Source: an uncultured Verrucomicrobiae bacterium
Lineage (GTDB): Bacteria > Verrucomicrobiota > Verrucomicrobiia > Chthoniobacterales > Chthoniobacteraceae
Assembly: GCA_963769025.1 (NCBI GenBank)
Contig: CAVYKI010000003.1
Location: 1,024,001 to 1,088,000, forward strand
Reading direction: 5' to 3'
Length of the DNA stretch: 64,000 nucleotides
Shown here piece by piece: positions 48,541 through 58,273 of this stretch. Both the position numbers and the translations under genes were made by a program. Under the pieces are notes generated by a model. The model was not told the origin of the DNA. It saw nothing but the letters and a program-made list of their open reading frames with translations, and searched no databases. Position 1 is the first letter of the stretch, and each line of letters opens with the position of its first letter.

Positions 48541-49590
48541 TCAATCCGGGGCCTTGAAGCCGAGCACCTGGCGGACGGCGGCGGTAACGGACGCCGCAGT
48601 GACTTCCCGCATGCAGCGGAAATCAATCGGGCACTCGCGCAAAAAGCACGGACTGCACTCGGCGCGCTTTCGCACGATGACATGGCCGGAGCCGAGCGGA
48701 CCGGTGAGCGCCGGTTCGGTGCTCCCGAAGATCGCGACGGTCGGCACGCCCAGCAATGCTGCGAGATGCATCGTGCCGGTGTCATTGGTGAGAAGCGCAT
48801 CGCTATCACGCAGGATGCAGATGAGCTCGGCGAGCGTCGTTTCACCGCAGCGATTTTCGACATTCGGAGGATTCTCGCAAAGCGTCGCAATCTCCGCGGC
48901 CACCGGACGATCCTTCGCCGTGCCGACGAGCTGCCAGCGGCACTTCACGGAATCGCTCACCGCCTGCACCACCTCGGCGTAGCCCTCGGGCAGCCAGCGT
49001 TTCGCGGGTCCGTACTCGGCGCCGGCGCACACGGCGATCCGCACGGGCTGGCCCGGATCGCGCAATCGTCCCGCGCCCGCCTTTGGAAAACCGAACGAGG
49101 AATCCGGCTCCGCACGCGCTCCGACGAACTCCGCCAGCTTCAGATAATGGAAGACCTGATGCGCGCCCGGCGCAATCGCAGGCTCGGGTTTCTCCTCACG
49201 AAAAACCTCCGTCATCAGCGCCGAACGCCGCGCATGTCCGGGATAGCCGACGCGGCGGGGCACGCGCGCGAGCCACATTTCCAGCCCGGTCCGCAGGCTG
49301 TTCGGGAAGACGACGCCGGTCGTGAATCCGCGGCCGCGGATCAGCTTCGCGACCCGGAAAACGTGGGTCATGCCCGAAAGCTTGCGCAGCAATCCCCTGC
49401 CCCGCGGCGCCGGGAAAGGGATCACCTCGTCCACCTCCGGCACGAGCCTCCACACATCGGCGAGCTTTTCCGGCGTGAGCACGGCAACATGGGCACCGGC
49501 CAGCCCTTGCTTGATGGCGCGCACCGCCGGCACGCTCATCACAGCGTCTCCGAGCCAGTTTGAGGAACGAATGACGACCCGCTCCATCAC
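48541..49590 (-). CDS. waaF: LPS heptosyltransferase II (GT9)
   Basis: SNWLGDAVMS.P, GAEYGPAKRW, TNDTGTMHLAA, FGST.P..TGP, CSPCFLRECP. Confidence 0.9.
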   Translation of the reverse strand: MMERVVIRSSNWLGDAVMSVPAVRAIKQGLAGAHVAVLTPEKLADVWRLVPEVDEVIPFPAPRGRGLLRKLSGMTHVFRVAKLIRGRGFTTGVVFPNSLRTGLEMWLARVPRRVGYPGHARRSALMTEVFREEKPEPAIAPGAHQVFHYLKLAEFVGARAEPDSSFGFPKAGAGRLRDPGQPVRIAVCAGAEYGPAKRWLPEGYAEVVQAVSDSVKCRWQLVGTAKDRPVAAEIATLCENPPNVENRCGETTLAELICILRDSDALLTNDTGTMHLAALLGVPTVAIFGSTEPALTGPLGSGHVIVRKRAECSPCFLRECPIDFRCMREVTAASVTAAVRQVLGFKAPD

Positions 49591-51203
49591 TTGTCTTTCC
49601 AGAACATCGTGCGGAACGGATGCTCGTCCGTGAGGTTTCCCTGCACGCCGCCGAGGCGTTCGCTGAAGAACATGATCACCACGTAGTTGAAGAGCGGACA
49701 GATCGGCACCTCGTCGCGCACGAGGATCGTCTCCGCCTCGCGAAACAGAGCGAACCGCTTTGCCTGGTCAGTCTCCGTCGCCGCGAGCGCGATCAGTTCG
49801 TCGTAGCGCTTGCTGCTCCAGCCGCAGTTGTTGTTGCCGCCGCCGGTCACGAACATGTCGAGGAAGGTGTTCGGATCCTTGTAGTCGCCGACCCACGACG
49901 AGCGGCAGAGGTCGTAGTCCAGCGCCGAGAGGGTGTTCAAATAGACGGCCCATTCCTGTTTCGAGAGCAACACGGAGATTCCCAGTTCGCGCTTGAACAT
50001 CGCCTGCACCTCGACGGCGATCTTTTCATCCGTCTCGCTCTTGTTCGTGTAAAGGTAACGCACGACCGGAAAGCCGGCGCCGCCGGGAAAGCCGGCCTCG
50101 GCGAGCAGCTTCCGCGCGGCGTCCGGATCGCGTTTGATGCCCGCCGGCGGCTGGTAGCCCGCGGTGCCCGGCGGCACGAACGCATCGGCGACCGGCTCGC
50201 CCGCCTGTGTGACCTTCTCGGTGAGCAGCGTCTTGTCCACGACCATCGAGAACGCCTTGCGCACCCGCACGTCGTTGAACGGCGCGCGCTTCACGTTGTA
50301 GCGGATGAAGTAGGTCGCGAGGATCGGCGTCGCGTGGTAGTCGGGCCGCTTTTTCAAGTCCGGCACGAGCGAGGTCGGCACCATGGATTTGTCGAGGATG
50401 AGGTCGGCCACGCCGCTGAAGTAAAAATTGAACGCCGTGTTCGGAGTCGGCGCAGGCAGGATATCCACGGTGTTGAGCCGCACGCTTGCAGCGTCCCAAT
50501 AGCGCGGGTTGCGCGTGAGCCGGATGCGGTCATTCAGCCGCCACTCGGTGAAAAGGAACGGGCCATTGTTGATGAGGACTCCCGGCCTCAGCCACGACCC
50601 GCCGGTCTTTTCCGCCGCTTCCACGCTCGCGCGATGAATCGGCATGAGGGTGTAAAACGCGCAGAGGTCCACGAAGAACGGCGTCGGGTTTTTCAGCTCG
50701 ACCGTCAGCGTCTGCGCATCCGGCGCGCGGATGGCGACGGAATCATCCGGCGGACGCGATGCGCTGTCCTTCGCCTCGCCGTACGCCTCGGCGCCGCGGA
50801 TGTAGTAGAATTGGTATTTGTACTCCGCCTCCGGTTCGCGGAGCGCGCGCAGCCAAGACCACACAAAGTCGGCAGCGGTGATCGGATCGCCGTTGCTCCA
50901 CTTCGCTCCGCGGCGCAGGTGAAACGTGTAGTGCCGCCCGTCGGGCGAAATCTCCCAGCGGTCGGCAACGCCCGGCTCGGTGTCGCCGCCGACCGTGTAG
51001 CGCGTGAGCCCCTCGAAGAGTGAGTAGGCGATCCGTCCCTCGGGCTGGCCGCGGATTTTTGCGGGATCGATCGAATCTGGCTCGCCTCCGTTGATGACCA
51101 CCAAGTCCGCCCGGTCCGGTGGTCGGCCGCAGCCGCAGACCAACGTCAGCACGAGGAAAAATAGGATCAGTCGGCGGGCGGATGGATTCACGCGGGCGCG
51201 CAC
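49587..51203 (-). CDS. Oligopeptide ABC substrate-binding lipoprotein (OppA-like)
   Basis: Lipobox VCGC; EPDSIDP, LFEGL, YTFHLR..AKWSNGDP.TAADF, RSSWVGDY.DP. Confidence 0.9.
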   Translation of the reverse strand: MRARVNPSARRLILFFLVLTLVCGCGRPPDRADLVVINGGEPDSIDPAKIRGQPEGRIAYSLFEGLTRYTVGGDTEPGVADRWEISPDGRHYTFHLRRGAKWSNGDPITAADFVWSWLRALREPEAEYKYQFYYIRGAEAYGEAKDSASRPPDDSVAIRAPDAQTLTVELKNPTPFFVDLCAFYTLMPIHRASVEAAEKTGGSWLRPGVLINNGPFLFTEWRLNDRIRLTRNPRYWDAASVRLNTVDILPAPTPNTAFNFYFSGVADLILDKSMVPTSLVPDLKKRPDYHATPILATYFIRYNVKRAPFNDVRVRKAFSMVVDKTLLTEKVTQAGEPVADAFVPPGTAGYQPPAGIKRDPDAARKLLAEAGFPGGAGFPVVRYLYTNKSETDEKIAVEVQAMFKRELGISVLLSKQEWAVYLNTLSALDYDLCRSSWVGDYKDPNTFLDMFVTGGGNNNCGWSSKRYDELIALAATETDQAKRFALFREAETILVRDEVPICPLFNYVVIMFFSERLGGVQGNLTDEHPFRTMFWKDK

Positions 51204-51373
51204 GGTGCACCAAGAGGTTGAGAGTTGAAAGTTGAGAGTTGAGAGGCGCGATGACCGTTCCTGTCCGGGCTCCCAACCATCAATGTGAAATGTTGGCCGG
51301 TGAGTGTGATCCGGTTTAGCTTTCGCTTTTTCCGAGCAAAACTGCTGCCGCGTTGCTATTCACCTTCGCCCGG

Positions 51374-52123
51374 ATGAATCCTCTCGAAAAGCGTCTCAAA
51401 TACAAATTCCGCAATCCGCTCCTGCTCGCGGAGGCGCTCACGCATCCGTCGCTCGGGCATGAGACGCAGCGGCATCACTTTGACAACCAGCGTCTCGAAT
51501 TTCTCGGCGATGCCGTGCTGCAGTTGATTTTTACCGAATGGCTTTTCGATCACTTTCCGAAGTTCAGCGAGGGGCAGTTGACGAAAATGCGGTCGGGGCT
51601 CGTCTCGCGGGAAGGACTGAAAGTCCACGCGGAGCGTCTCGACCTCGGCCAGCATCTGATGATGGGCCGCGGCGAGGAAACTTCCGGCGGCCGCGAGCGC
51701 AGTTCCGCGCTGGCTGACGCCTACGAGGCGCTCATCGGCGCGATCTACCTGGACTCGGATTACGTCACGGCGCGGCGCATCGTCATCACCGAGGCGCGCG
51801 AAGACCTGGAAACCCTCGATGTGGATCCGCCGGATCAAAACCCGAAGGGCCAGCTCCAGGAGGTGCTCCAGGCGATCTCACCGATCAGCCCGGTTTACCC
51901 GATCCTCTCCGCGGAGGGACCCGAGCACCAAAAACATTTCGTCGCACAGGTGACTTGGAACGGACTCGATCTCGGCGAAGGCAAGGGCCACAGCAAGAAA
52001 GACGCGGAGACCGCGGCTGCCCGCGACGCGCTGAAAAACAGGAAGTGGGTGACGGCCGGTTTCGCACCCGATCCGCTCGCCCGAAAACCTGCGAACAAAA
52101 AACCAAGAAGGGCCAACAACTGA
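51374..52123 (+). CDS. rnc: Ribonuclease III
   Basis: ALTHPS, NQRLEFLGDAVL, ADAYEALIGAIYLD, dsRBD KGQLQE...SKKDAE. Confidence 0.97.
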   Translation: MNPLEKRLKYKFRNPLLLAEALTHPSLGHETQRHHFDNQRLEFLGDAVLQLIFTEWLFDHFPKFSEGQLTKMRSGLVSREGLKVHAERLDLGQHLMMGRGEETSGGRERSSALADAYEALIGAIYLDSDYVTARRIVITEAREDLETLDVDPPDQNPKGQLQEVLQAISPISPVYPILSAEGPEHQKHFVAQVTWNGLDLGEGKGHSKKDAETAAARDALKNRKWVTAGFAPDPLARKPANKKPRRANN

Positions 52124-52328
52124 CGAACAACATGGCTTCCGCCCATTTTCACGCAACGCTTCGGATCGGGTGGGGTGGTTCTTCACACACGCCGTTCAGC
52201 GGGGAACCCGCATGCAGCCTGCGTGGAACGTCCGTCGCCGGAGTTCTTCACACTCTTATTATGAATAAGGATCTGCGACGGGATTTAAAACAGTACCGAT
52301 CAAGGTGTGAACAACCCGTCACGACGGC

Positions 52329-53795
52329 ATGAAAACCCAGCACTACATCGCGGTCGATCTCGGCGCGGAAAGCGGGCGCGTGATGTTCGGAACCCTGGCC
52401 GAGGGGAAACTCACGCTCGAGGAAGTGCATCGTTTTCCAAACGGGCCGGTTCGCTTCCGACAAACGGTGCGCTGGGACGTGCTCGGGCTGTGGGAGGAGA
52501 TTAAGAAGGGCTTGAGAAAGGTCGCCGCGCGCAAGGTGGCGGTCGCGGGCATCAGCGTCGATTCGTGGGGCGTGGACTACGTGCTGATGAGCGGGAGCGA
52601 TCCGCTGCTGCGGACGCCGTTCTGCTATCGCGACGAGAGGTCGAGAAAGCCGTTTTCAGAACTCGCCGGGACGAACAGCGCGGAGATCTACCGGGAGACG
52701 GGCGTGCAATTCATCGAGATGAACACGCTGTGGCAGTTGCTCGCGGAGAAGGAGAACGTCTCCGGGCTCTTCGGGCTGGCCGACAGTTTCCTGATGATCG
52801 GCGACTGGTTTCATTTTCTCCTCGCGAATCGCATCGCACAGGAGGAGAGCAACGCCAGCACGACGCAGCTCTGGAATCCCGTTCAGCGCGCGTGGAGCTC
52901 GAAGTTGATCGACCTTTTCGGGCTGCCACGTCGCATTTTTCCGGCCGTGGTCGCGCCGTGCACGCAGCTAGGGACATTGACGCCGGAATTGCAGGAGGAG
53001 ACCGGTTTGGGGGCGATCGAGGTGGTGGCCGGCTGTGTGCATGATACGGCCGCCGCAGTCGCCGCGATCCCGGCGGAGGGAAAAGGATGGGCCTTCCTGA
53101 GCAGCGGCACATGGTCGCTCCTCGGGATGGAGCTGCCGGCCCCGCTGATCAGCGACGCCGGACGGGCCGCGAACTTTACCAATGAAACCGGTGTCGGCGG
53201 GACGTCGCGCTTTCTCCGAAATGCGAGCGGACTGTGGATCCTGCAGGAGTGTCGCCGGCTCTGGGCGCGGGACGGGCAGGAGTTCGACTATTCCGAACTG
53301 ACGGCGCTCGCCGCCGCCGCCGAGCCGTTCCGGTCGCTGGTGAATCCGACCGACACTGCGTTCCTGCGGCCGGACAACATGCTCACGGCGGTCCGCGACT
53401 TTTGCCGGGCGAGCGGGCAGCCGCATCCGGAGACGCCCGGGCAGTTCGCAAGGTGCGCGCTGGAGAGCCTGGCGGCCCTTTATGCCCGTCTGCTGGAGCA
53501 AATGGAGGCCGTGACCGGGCAGCGGGTGCAAACGCTCCACATCGTCGGCGGAGGCAGCAGGAACGCGCTGCTGAACCAGATGACCGCCGATTCCATCAAT
53601 CGCACGGTGGTCGCCGGGCCGGTCGAGGCGACGGCGATCGGCAACGTGCTCCTGCAGGCGCTCACGCTCGGGCACATCGCCAGCCATGCGGAGCTGCGGC
53701 GGATCGTGAAGGAGTCATTCCCCGTGGAAGTCTTCAACCCACGCACCGCCGACCGGTGGAGCGAGGTACACGGGCGCTTCGCGAAGCTGGTTTGA
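52329..53795 (+). CDS. rhaB: Rhamnulokinase/fuculokinase (FGGY)
   Basis: AVDLGAESGR, VDSWGVDY, YRDER, NASTTQL, HDTAAAV, LSSGTWSL.G, GGGSRN, GPVEATAIGN. Confidence 0.88.
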   Translation: MKTQHYIAVDLGAESGRVMFGTLAEGKLTLEEVHRFPNGPVRFRQTVRWDVLGLWEEIKKGLRKVAARKVAVAGISVDSWGVDYVLMSGSDPLLRTPFCYRDERSRKPFSELAGTNSAEIYRETGVQFIEMNTLWQLLAEKENVSGLFGLADSFLMIGDWFHFLLANRIAQEESNASTTQLWNPVQRAWSSKLIDLFGLPRRIFPAVVAPCTQLGTLTPELQEETGLGAIEVVAGCVHDTAAAVAAIPAEGKGWAFLSSGTWSLLGMELPAPLISDAGRAANFTNETGVGGTSRFLRNASGLWILQECRRLWARDGQEFDYSELTALAAAAEPFRSLVNPTDTAFLRPDNMLTAVRDFCRASGQPHPETPGQFARCALESLAALYARLLEQMEAVTGQRVQTLHIVGGGSRNALLNQMTADSINRTVVAGPVEATAIGNVLLQALTLGHIASHAELRRIVKESFPVEVFNPRTADRWSEVHGRFAKLV

Positions 53796-53975
53796 GGGCT
53801 TTTTGGACGGGCTGAAAGCAAGGAGTTCAAAAAACTTCCGTCCGCAGAGAGCGGTGCAACGCTCGCCGGGCGCGTGTATTACGAGGACAGCAGGAATGTC
53901 AGGCACACATAAACGAAGAAAGTTCTTGTCGCAAAGGCCGGAGTCCCTATTCTCGGCCTTGTTCTGGGGGGAACA

Positions 53976-54021
53976 GCGGCCCTCCGGTTGCCAATCGGCG
54001 CCGGGGGGCCGCACTTTTTTT
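53976..54021 (+). terminator. Rho-independent terminator
   Basis: GCGGCCCTCCGG...CCGGGGGGCCGC stem followed by ACTTTTTTT. Confidence 0.75.
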
Positions 54022-54100
54022 GCCATTAAAGGCCGCTGGCCGGCCCCGGGGCAGTTCGCGACTTCCCTTTCCCGCTGTTCTGTGGCTGGATCCCCTCGCC

Positions 54101-55018
54101 ATGAAACTCGGGTTCGTCTCCGCAATCCTCCCCGAGCTTTCGCTCGACCAAGTCCTGGCCTTCGCGAGCGCTGAGCGGTTTTCGTGCATCGAGGCGATGT
54201 GCTGGCCGTCCGGAAAGGCGGAACGGAAATACGCCGGGGTCACGCATGTGGACGTGGAAGGATTCACGAAAGCGCGCGCCGATGACGTCAACGCGCTCTG
54301 CGCACGTCACGGCGTGAGCCTCACGGCGCTCGGCTACTACCCGAATCCGCTCGATCCGGATCCCGTCGTCGCCCGGCGCAGCATATCGCATTTGAAAAAG
54401 GTCATCGTCGCCGCGGAGAAGCTCGGGTTGAAGACTGTGAACACCTTCACCGGCCGCGACTGGACGAAGAGCGTGGACGACAACTGGCCGCGCTTCCTGA
54501 AGACGTGGCGGCCGCTCATCGCCTACGCCGAGGATCACGGCATCAAGGTCGGCATCGAGAACTGCCCGATGTTCTTCACGCGCGACGAATGGCCCGGCGG
54601 CAAAAATCTCATGACCACGCCGGTCATCTGGCGCCGCGCATTCAGCGACATTCCGTCGAAGAACTTCGGCCTCAACTACGACCCTTCGCATTTTGTCCTG
54701 CAGCAGATGGACCCGGCCAGCCCGTTGCGGGAATTCCAGTCGAAGCTCTTCCACCTTCACGCCAAGGACGTGAAGATGCGCCGCGACCGCATCAACGACA
54801 CGGGCATCTTCGCGCATCCGTTGGAGTGGCACCAGCCGCGCATCCCCGGCTACGGCGACATGGACTGGGGGAAATTCATGAGCGCGGTCATGGAGACGAC
54901 CTATCGCGGCCCCGTGTGCATCGAGGTCGAGGACGACACGTTTGGCAAAACGCTCCCCGGCCGGAAGCGCGCAATCCGGGTGGCGCGCGAGGTTTTGCTG
55001 CCTTATTTTCAAGCCTGA
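54101..55018 (+). CDS. Sugar phosphate isomerase/epimerase (AP endonuclease 2 TIM barrel)
   Basis: GIENCPM, GLNYDPSH, HLHAKD, PGYGDMDW, CIEVED. Confidence 0.9.
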   Translation: MKLGFVSAILPELSLDQVLAFASAERFSCIEAMCWPSGKAERKYAGVTHVDVEGFTKARADDVNALCARHGVSLTALGYYPNPLDPDPVVARRSISHLKKVIVAAEKLGLKTVNTFTGRDWTKSVDDNWPRFLKTWRPLIAYAEDHGIKVGIENCPMFFTRDEWPGGKNLMTTPVIWRRAFSDIPSKNFGLNYDPSHFVLQQMDPASPLREFQSKLFHLHAKDVKMRRDRINDTGIFAHPLEWHQPRIPGYGDMDWGKFMSAVMETTYRGPVCIEVEDDTFGKTLPGRKRAIRVAREVLLPYFQA

Positions 55019-55051
55019 GATCCCCGCCAACCTCAACCCACGAACAACCCC

Positions 55052-56563
55052 ATGAAAACGACGAAACTTCCCGCCTCCCGCCGTCCCGCGAAAGCCAGCG
55101 GAAACGGCAAATCCGCCTGGCTCGCCAAGACGCGCCGCATGCTCGTCAACGGCCAATGGGTCGCCGCCGCATCCGGCGAGACATTCCCCACATTCAATCC
55201 CGCGACCGGCGAGGTCATCTGCGACATCCCGTCGGGCGGCAAAACGGACATCGACCGTGCCGTGAAGGCCGCGCGTGCGGCGTTCGACGGGCCGTGGAGC
55301 AAGGTCACGCCGTCCGAGCGCGGACGCATGCTCTGGAAGCTCGCGGATCTGCTCGAGAAGAACCTCGAGGAATTCGCCGCGCTCGAGTCGCTCGACAACG
55401 GCAAGCCGCTCGCCGTCGCGCGTGTCGCCGACATGCCGCTGGCGGTGGATCTCTTCCGCTACATGGCCGGCTGGGCGACGAAAATCCACGGCCGCACCTT
55501 CCCGATCTCGAGGCCGGCCGGTCAGTTTTTCACCTACACGCAGCGCGAGCCGATCGGCGTCGTGGGGCAGATCATCCCGTGGAATTTCCCGCTGCTCATG
55601 GCCGCGTGGAAACTCGGCCCGGCGCTCGCCACGGGCTGCACCGTCGTGCTGAAGCCCGCCGAGCAGACGCCGCTCACCGCGCTGCGACTCGGCGAGCTGT
55701 TCCAGGAAGCCGGCTTCCCCGACGGCGTAGTGAACATCGTCACCGGCCTCGGTGAAACCGCCGGCGCCGCGCTCGCCGCGCATCCCGGCGTGGACAAGAT
55801 CGCATTCACCGGATCGACTGAGGTCGGCAAGCTCATCGTGAAGGCCGCCGCCCACGACCTGAAGAAAGTCTCCCTCGAGCTCGGCGGCAAATCGCCCAAC
55901 ATCGTGCTCGAAGACGCTGACCTGGAGACGGCGATCCCCGGAGCCGCCAGCGCGATCTTCTTCAACCACGGCCAGTGCTGCTGCGCCGGTTCGCGCCTGT
56001 ACGTGCACAAGAAGCACTTCGACAAGGTCGTCGAGGGTGTCTCCGCGGCTGCGAAGAAAATCAAGGTCGGCCCCGGCCACGCTCCCGATACCGACATGGG
56101 CCCGCTCGTTTCCGAAGAGCAGCTCAACCGCGTGATGGGCTACCTCCGCTCCGGCCAGAGCGAAGGCGCGAAGCCCGTCATCGGCGGCGGGCGGCACGGC
56201 GACCGCGGTTATTTCGTCCAGCCCACCGTGCTCGTGAATGCGAAGCCCGGCATGAAGGTCATGGACGAGGAAATCTTCGGCCCCGTCGTCTGCGCCGTGC
56301 CGTTCGCGGATGTTGAAGACGTCCTGGCCACCGCGAACGACAGCATCTACGGCCTCGCCGCCGCGGTCTGGACGAAGGACGTGACCAAGGCGCACCGCAT
56401 CGCCGCCGGACTCCGCGCCGGCACCGTCTGGGTGAACTGCTACAACATCTTCGACGCCTCGCTGCCCTTCGGAGGATACAAGCAATCCGGCTGGGGCCGC
56501 GAAATGGGCGAGGAAGTGCTGCACCTCTACACCGAGACAAAGGCCGTCTGCATCCGGGTGTGA
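55052..56563 (+). CDS. NAD-dependent aldehyde dehydrogenase (ALDH1/2-like)
   Basis: IPWNFPL, KPAEQTP, FTGSTEVG, LELGGKS, GQCCCAG, EEIFGPV, FGGYKQSG. Confidence 0.96.
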   Translation: MKTTKLPASRRPAKASGNGKSAWLAKTRRMLVNGQWVAAASGETFPTFNPATGEVICDIPSGGKTDIDRAVKAARAAFDGPWSKVTPSERGRMLWKLADLLEKNLEEFAALESLDNGKPLAVARVADMPLAVDLFRYMAGWATKIHGRTFPISRPAGQFFTYTQREPIGVVGQIIPWNFPLLMAAWKLGPALATGCTVVLKPAEQTPLTALRLGELFQEAGFPDGVVNIVTGLGETAGAALAAHPGVDKIAFTGSTEVGKLIVKAAAHDLKKVSLELGGKSPNIVLEDADLETAIPGAASAIFFNHGQCCCAGSRLYVHKKHFDKVVEGVSAAAKKIKVGPGHAPDTDMGPLVSEEQLNRVMGYLRSGQSEGAKPVIGGGRHGDRGYFVQPTVLVNAKPGMKVMDEEIFGPVVCAVPFADVEDVLATANDSIYGLAAAVWTKDVTKAHRIAAGLRAGTVWVNCYNIFDASLPFGGYKQSGWGREMGEEVLHLYTETKAVCIRV

Positions 56564-56597
56564 CACGCGCGCCCATTTTCCGGTAAAGCGCTGCGCC

Positions 56598-57392
56598 ATG
56601 AAGTACACCTATGAGCAGCTCGCGAAGATGATCGACCACTCGCTCCTGCATCCGACCATGACGGATCAGGAGCTGGACGACGGCTGCCGGGTCGCCGCGC
56701 AGTACGGCGTGGCTTCCGTGTGCATCAAGCCCTACGCCGTGAAACGCGCCGCGGAGCTGCTGAAGGGCACCGGCGTCCTCGTCGGCGCGGTCATCGGATT
56801 CCCGCACGGCAACAGCGCCACGGAGAGCAAGCGCTACGAGACCGCGCTCGCGTGCAAGGACGGCGCCGCGGAAATCGACATGGTCATCAACATCGGCAAG
56901 GCCCTCGGCGGCGACTGGGACTACGTCGGGCGCGACATCCAGGCCGTCTGCGACGAGGCCCACGCGCATGGCGCGAAAGTGAAGGTCATCTTCGAAAACG
57001 ACTACCTCACCAAAGGAGGTGCGGGACTCGGCAGCGACGATTTCAAAATCAAACTCTGCCAGCTCAGCGAACGCGCCGGCGCGGATTGGGTGAAGACCAG
57101 CAGCGGCTATGGCTTCGTGAAGCAGCCCGACGGCAGCTACAACTACAAGGGCGCCACCGAGCACGACCTCGCCCTCATGCGAGCCAGCGTCCCGGAAAAA
57201 GTGCAGGTCAAGGCTGCGGGCGGCGTTCGCGATCTCGACGGCCTCATCAAGGTCCGCGACCTTGGCGCCACGCGCTGCGGAGCGACCGCCACCGCAGCGA
57301 TGATGGACGAGTACCGCCGCCGCGAAGCTGCGGAAAAAGCAGGAGCCACGCAATCCGCCACCGCGGGAAAGATCGGCAGCGGAGGATACTGA
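56598..57392 (+). CDS. deoC: Deoxyribose-phosphate aldolase
   Basis: IDHSLL.P, IGFPHG, EIDMVIN, KVIFE, VKTSSG, VKAAGGVR. Confidence 0.92.
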   Translation: MKYTYEQLAKMIDHSLLHPTMTDQELDDGCRVAAQYGVASVCIKPYAVKRAAELLKGTGVLVGAVIGFPHGNSATESKRYETALACKDGAAEIDMVINIGKALGGDWDYVGRDIQAVCDEAHAHGAKVKVIFENDYLTKGGAGLGSDDFKIKLCQLSERAGADWVKTSSGYGFVKQPDGSYNYKGATEHDLALMRASVPEKVQVKAAGGVRDLDGLIKVRDLGATRCGATATAAMMDEYRRREAAEKAGATQSATAGKIGSGGY

Positions 57393-57458
57393 AGAGGCCT
57401 CGCTTCCGTCGCAGTGACACGGCTCCCGCGCGAGGTCGCTGCGCGGGAGTCGGGACGC

Positions 57459-58244
57459 CTACTTCACGTGCTTGCGCAGGAAGTCCACGATGGGCTTCGG
57501 GTCCTTGAGCGAGTGCGGGTGGTGGTTCACGCCGGGCTTGACGATGACTTCGATGGTGCCGCCCGCCGCGCGATATTTTTCCGCGAAGGGCTTCGTGTTT
57601 TCGTCGTAGGGCACCACGTCATCCGCATCGCCAACGACGGCGACGATCGGGATGCCGGCCTTCGCGAGCGCCTCGGCCTTGTCGAGCGGGTTGCCTTTGA
57701 AGTCCTTCGCGGTGTCCTCGGTGAGGCCGTAGATGTCGAGCGCCTGCTTCCAGCAGGTCGCGCTGCCTTTGCCCTTGCCTTTGCCGCCGGGCCACGAGCG
57801 GATGTCGAGCACGGGGGCGTCGAGGTAAAGTGCGGCCGTTTTGCCCGGATGTGCTGCCGCGAAATTCACGGCGTAGAGCCCCCCGCGGCTGAAGCCTTCG
57901 AGCACGGCGCGCTTCGAAAGGCCAAAAGAGCTGACGGCGCGCTCGTAAAACTCGTCCATGAGCGCGACGGACTTCGGGTCGCCATACATGTCGCTCACTT
58001 TGAAAAAGGCGACATGCCAGCCGGCATTCAGCAGCGCGATGTCGCCCTGCGGCTCGTGGCCGAAAAACTCCGTGCGCCAGATCCACGGCTTTCCGGGCGC
58101 GGCATTCGCGGGCTTCACGACGAGACCGGGCCGGCCATCGAGGGAGAAGTCGTGGCGGACAAATCCGTTCCACTGGGTGGGAGGCGGCGCATCCGCAGCG
58201 CGTGCGACGAGGGTGAATGCGAGGAGGATGAGGAGGTGGCGCAT
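57459..58244 (-). CDS. Secreted alpha/beta hydrolase
   Basis: Signal peptide; GFSRGG nucleophile elbow, GDADDVV, HHPH. Confidence 0.85.
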   Translation of the reverse strand: MRHLLILLAFTLVARAADAPPPTQWNGFVRHDFSLDGRPGLVVKPANAAPGKPWIWRTEFFGHEPQGDIALLNAGWHVAFFKVSDMYGDPKSVALMDEFYERAVSSFGLSKRAVLEGFSRGGLYAVNFAAAHPGKTAALYLDAPVLDIRSWPGGKGKGKGSATCWKQALDIYGLTEDTAKDFKGNPLDKAEALAKAGIPIVAVVGDADDVVPYDENTKPFAEKYRAAGGTIEVIVKPGVNHHPHSLKDPKPIVDFLRKHVK

Positions 58245-58273
58245 GGGGTGGGATTTTCTCAAAACGGAACCGC

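Noticed and set aside
53960..53975. TGTTC-N6-GAACA as a Verrucomicrobia LexA site
   Set aside because: Spacer is 6 rather than 4 and no repair gene follows; better explained as an RNA hairpin
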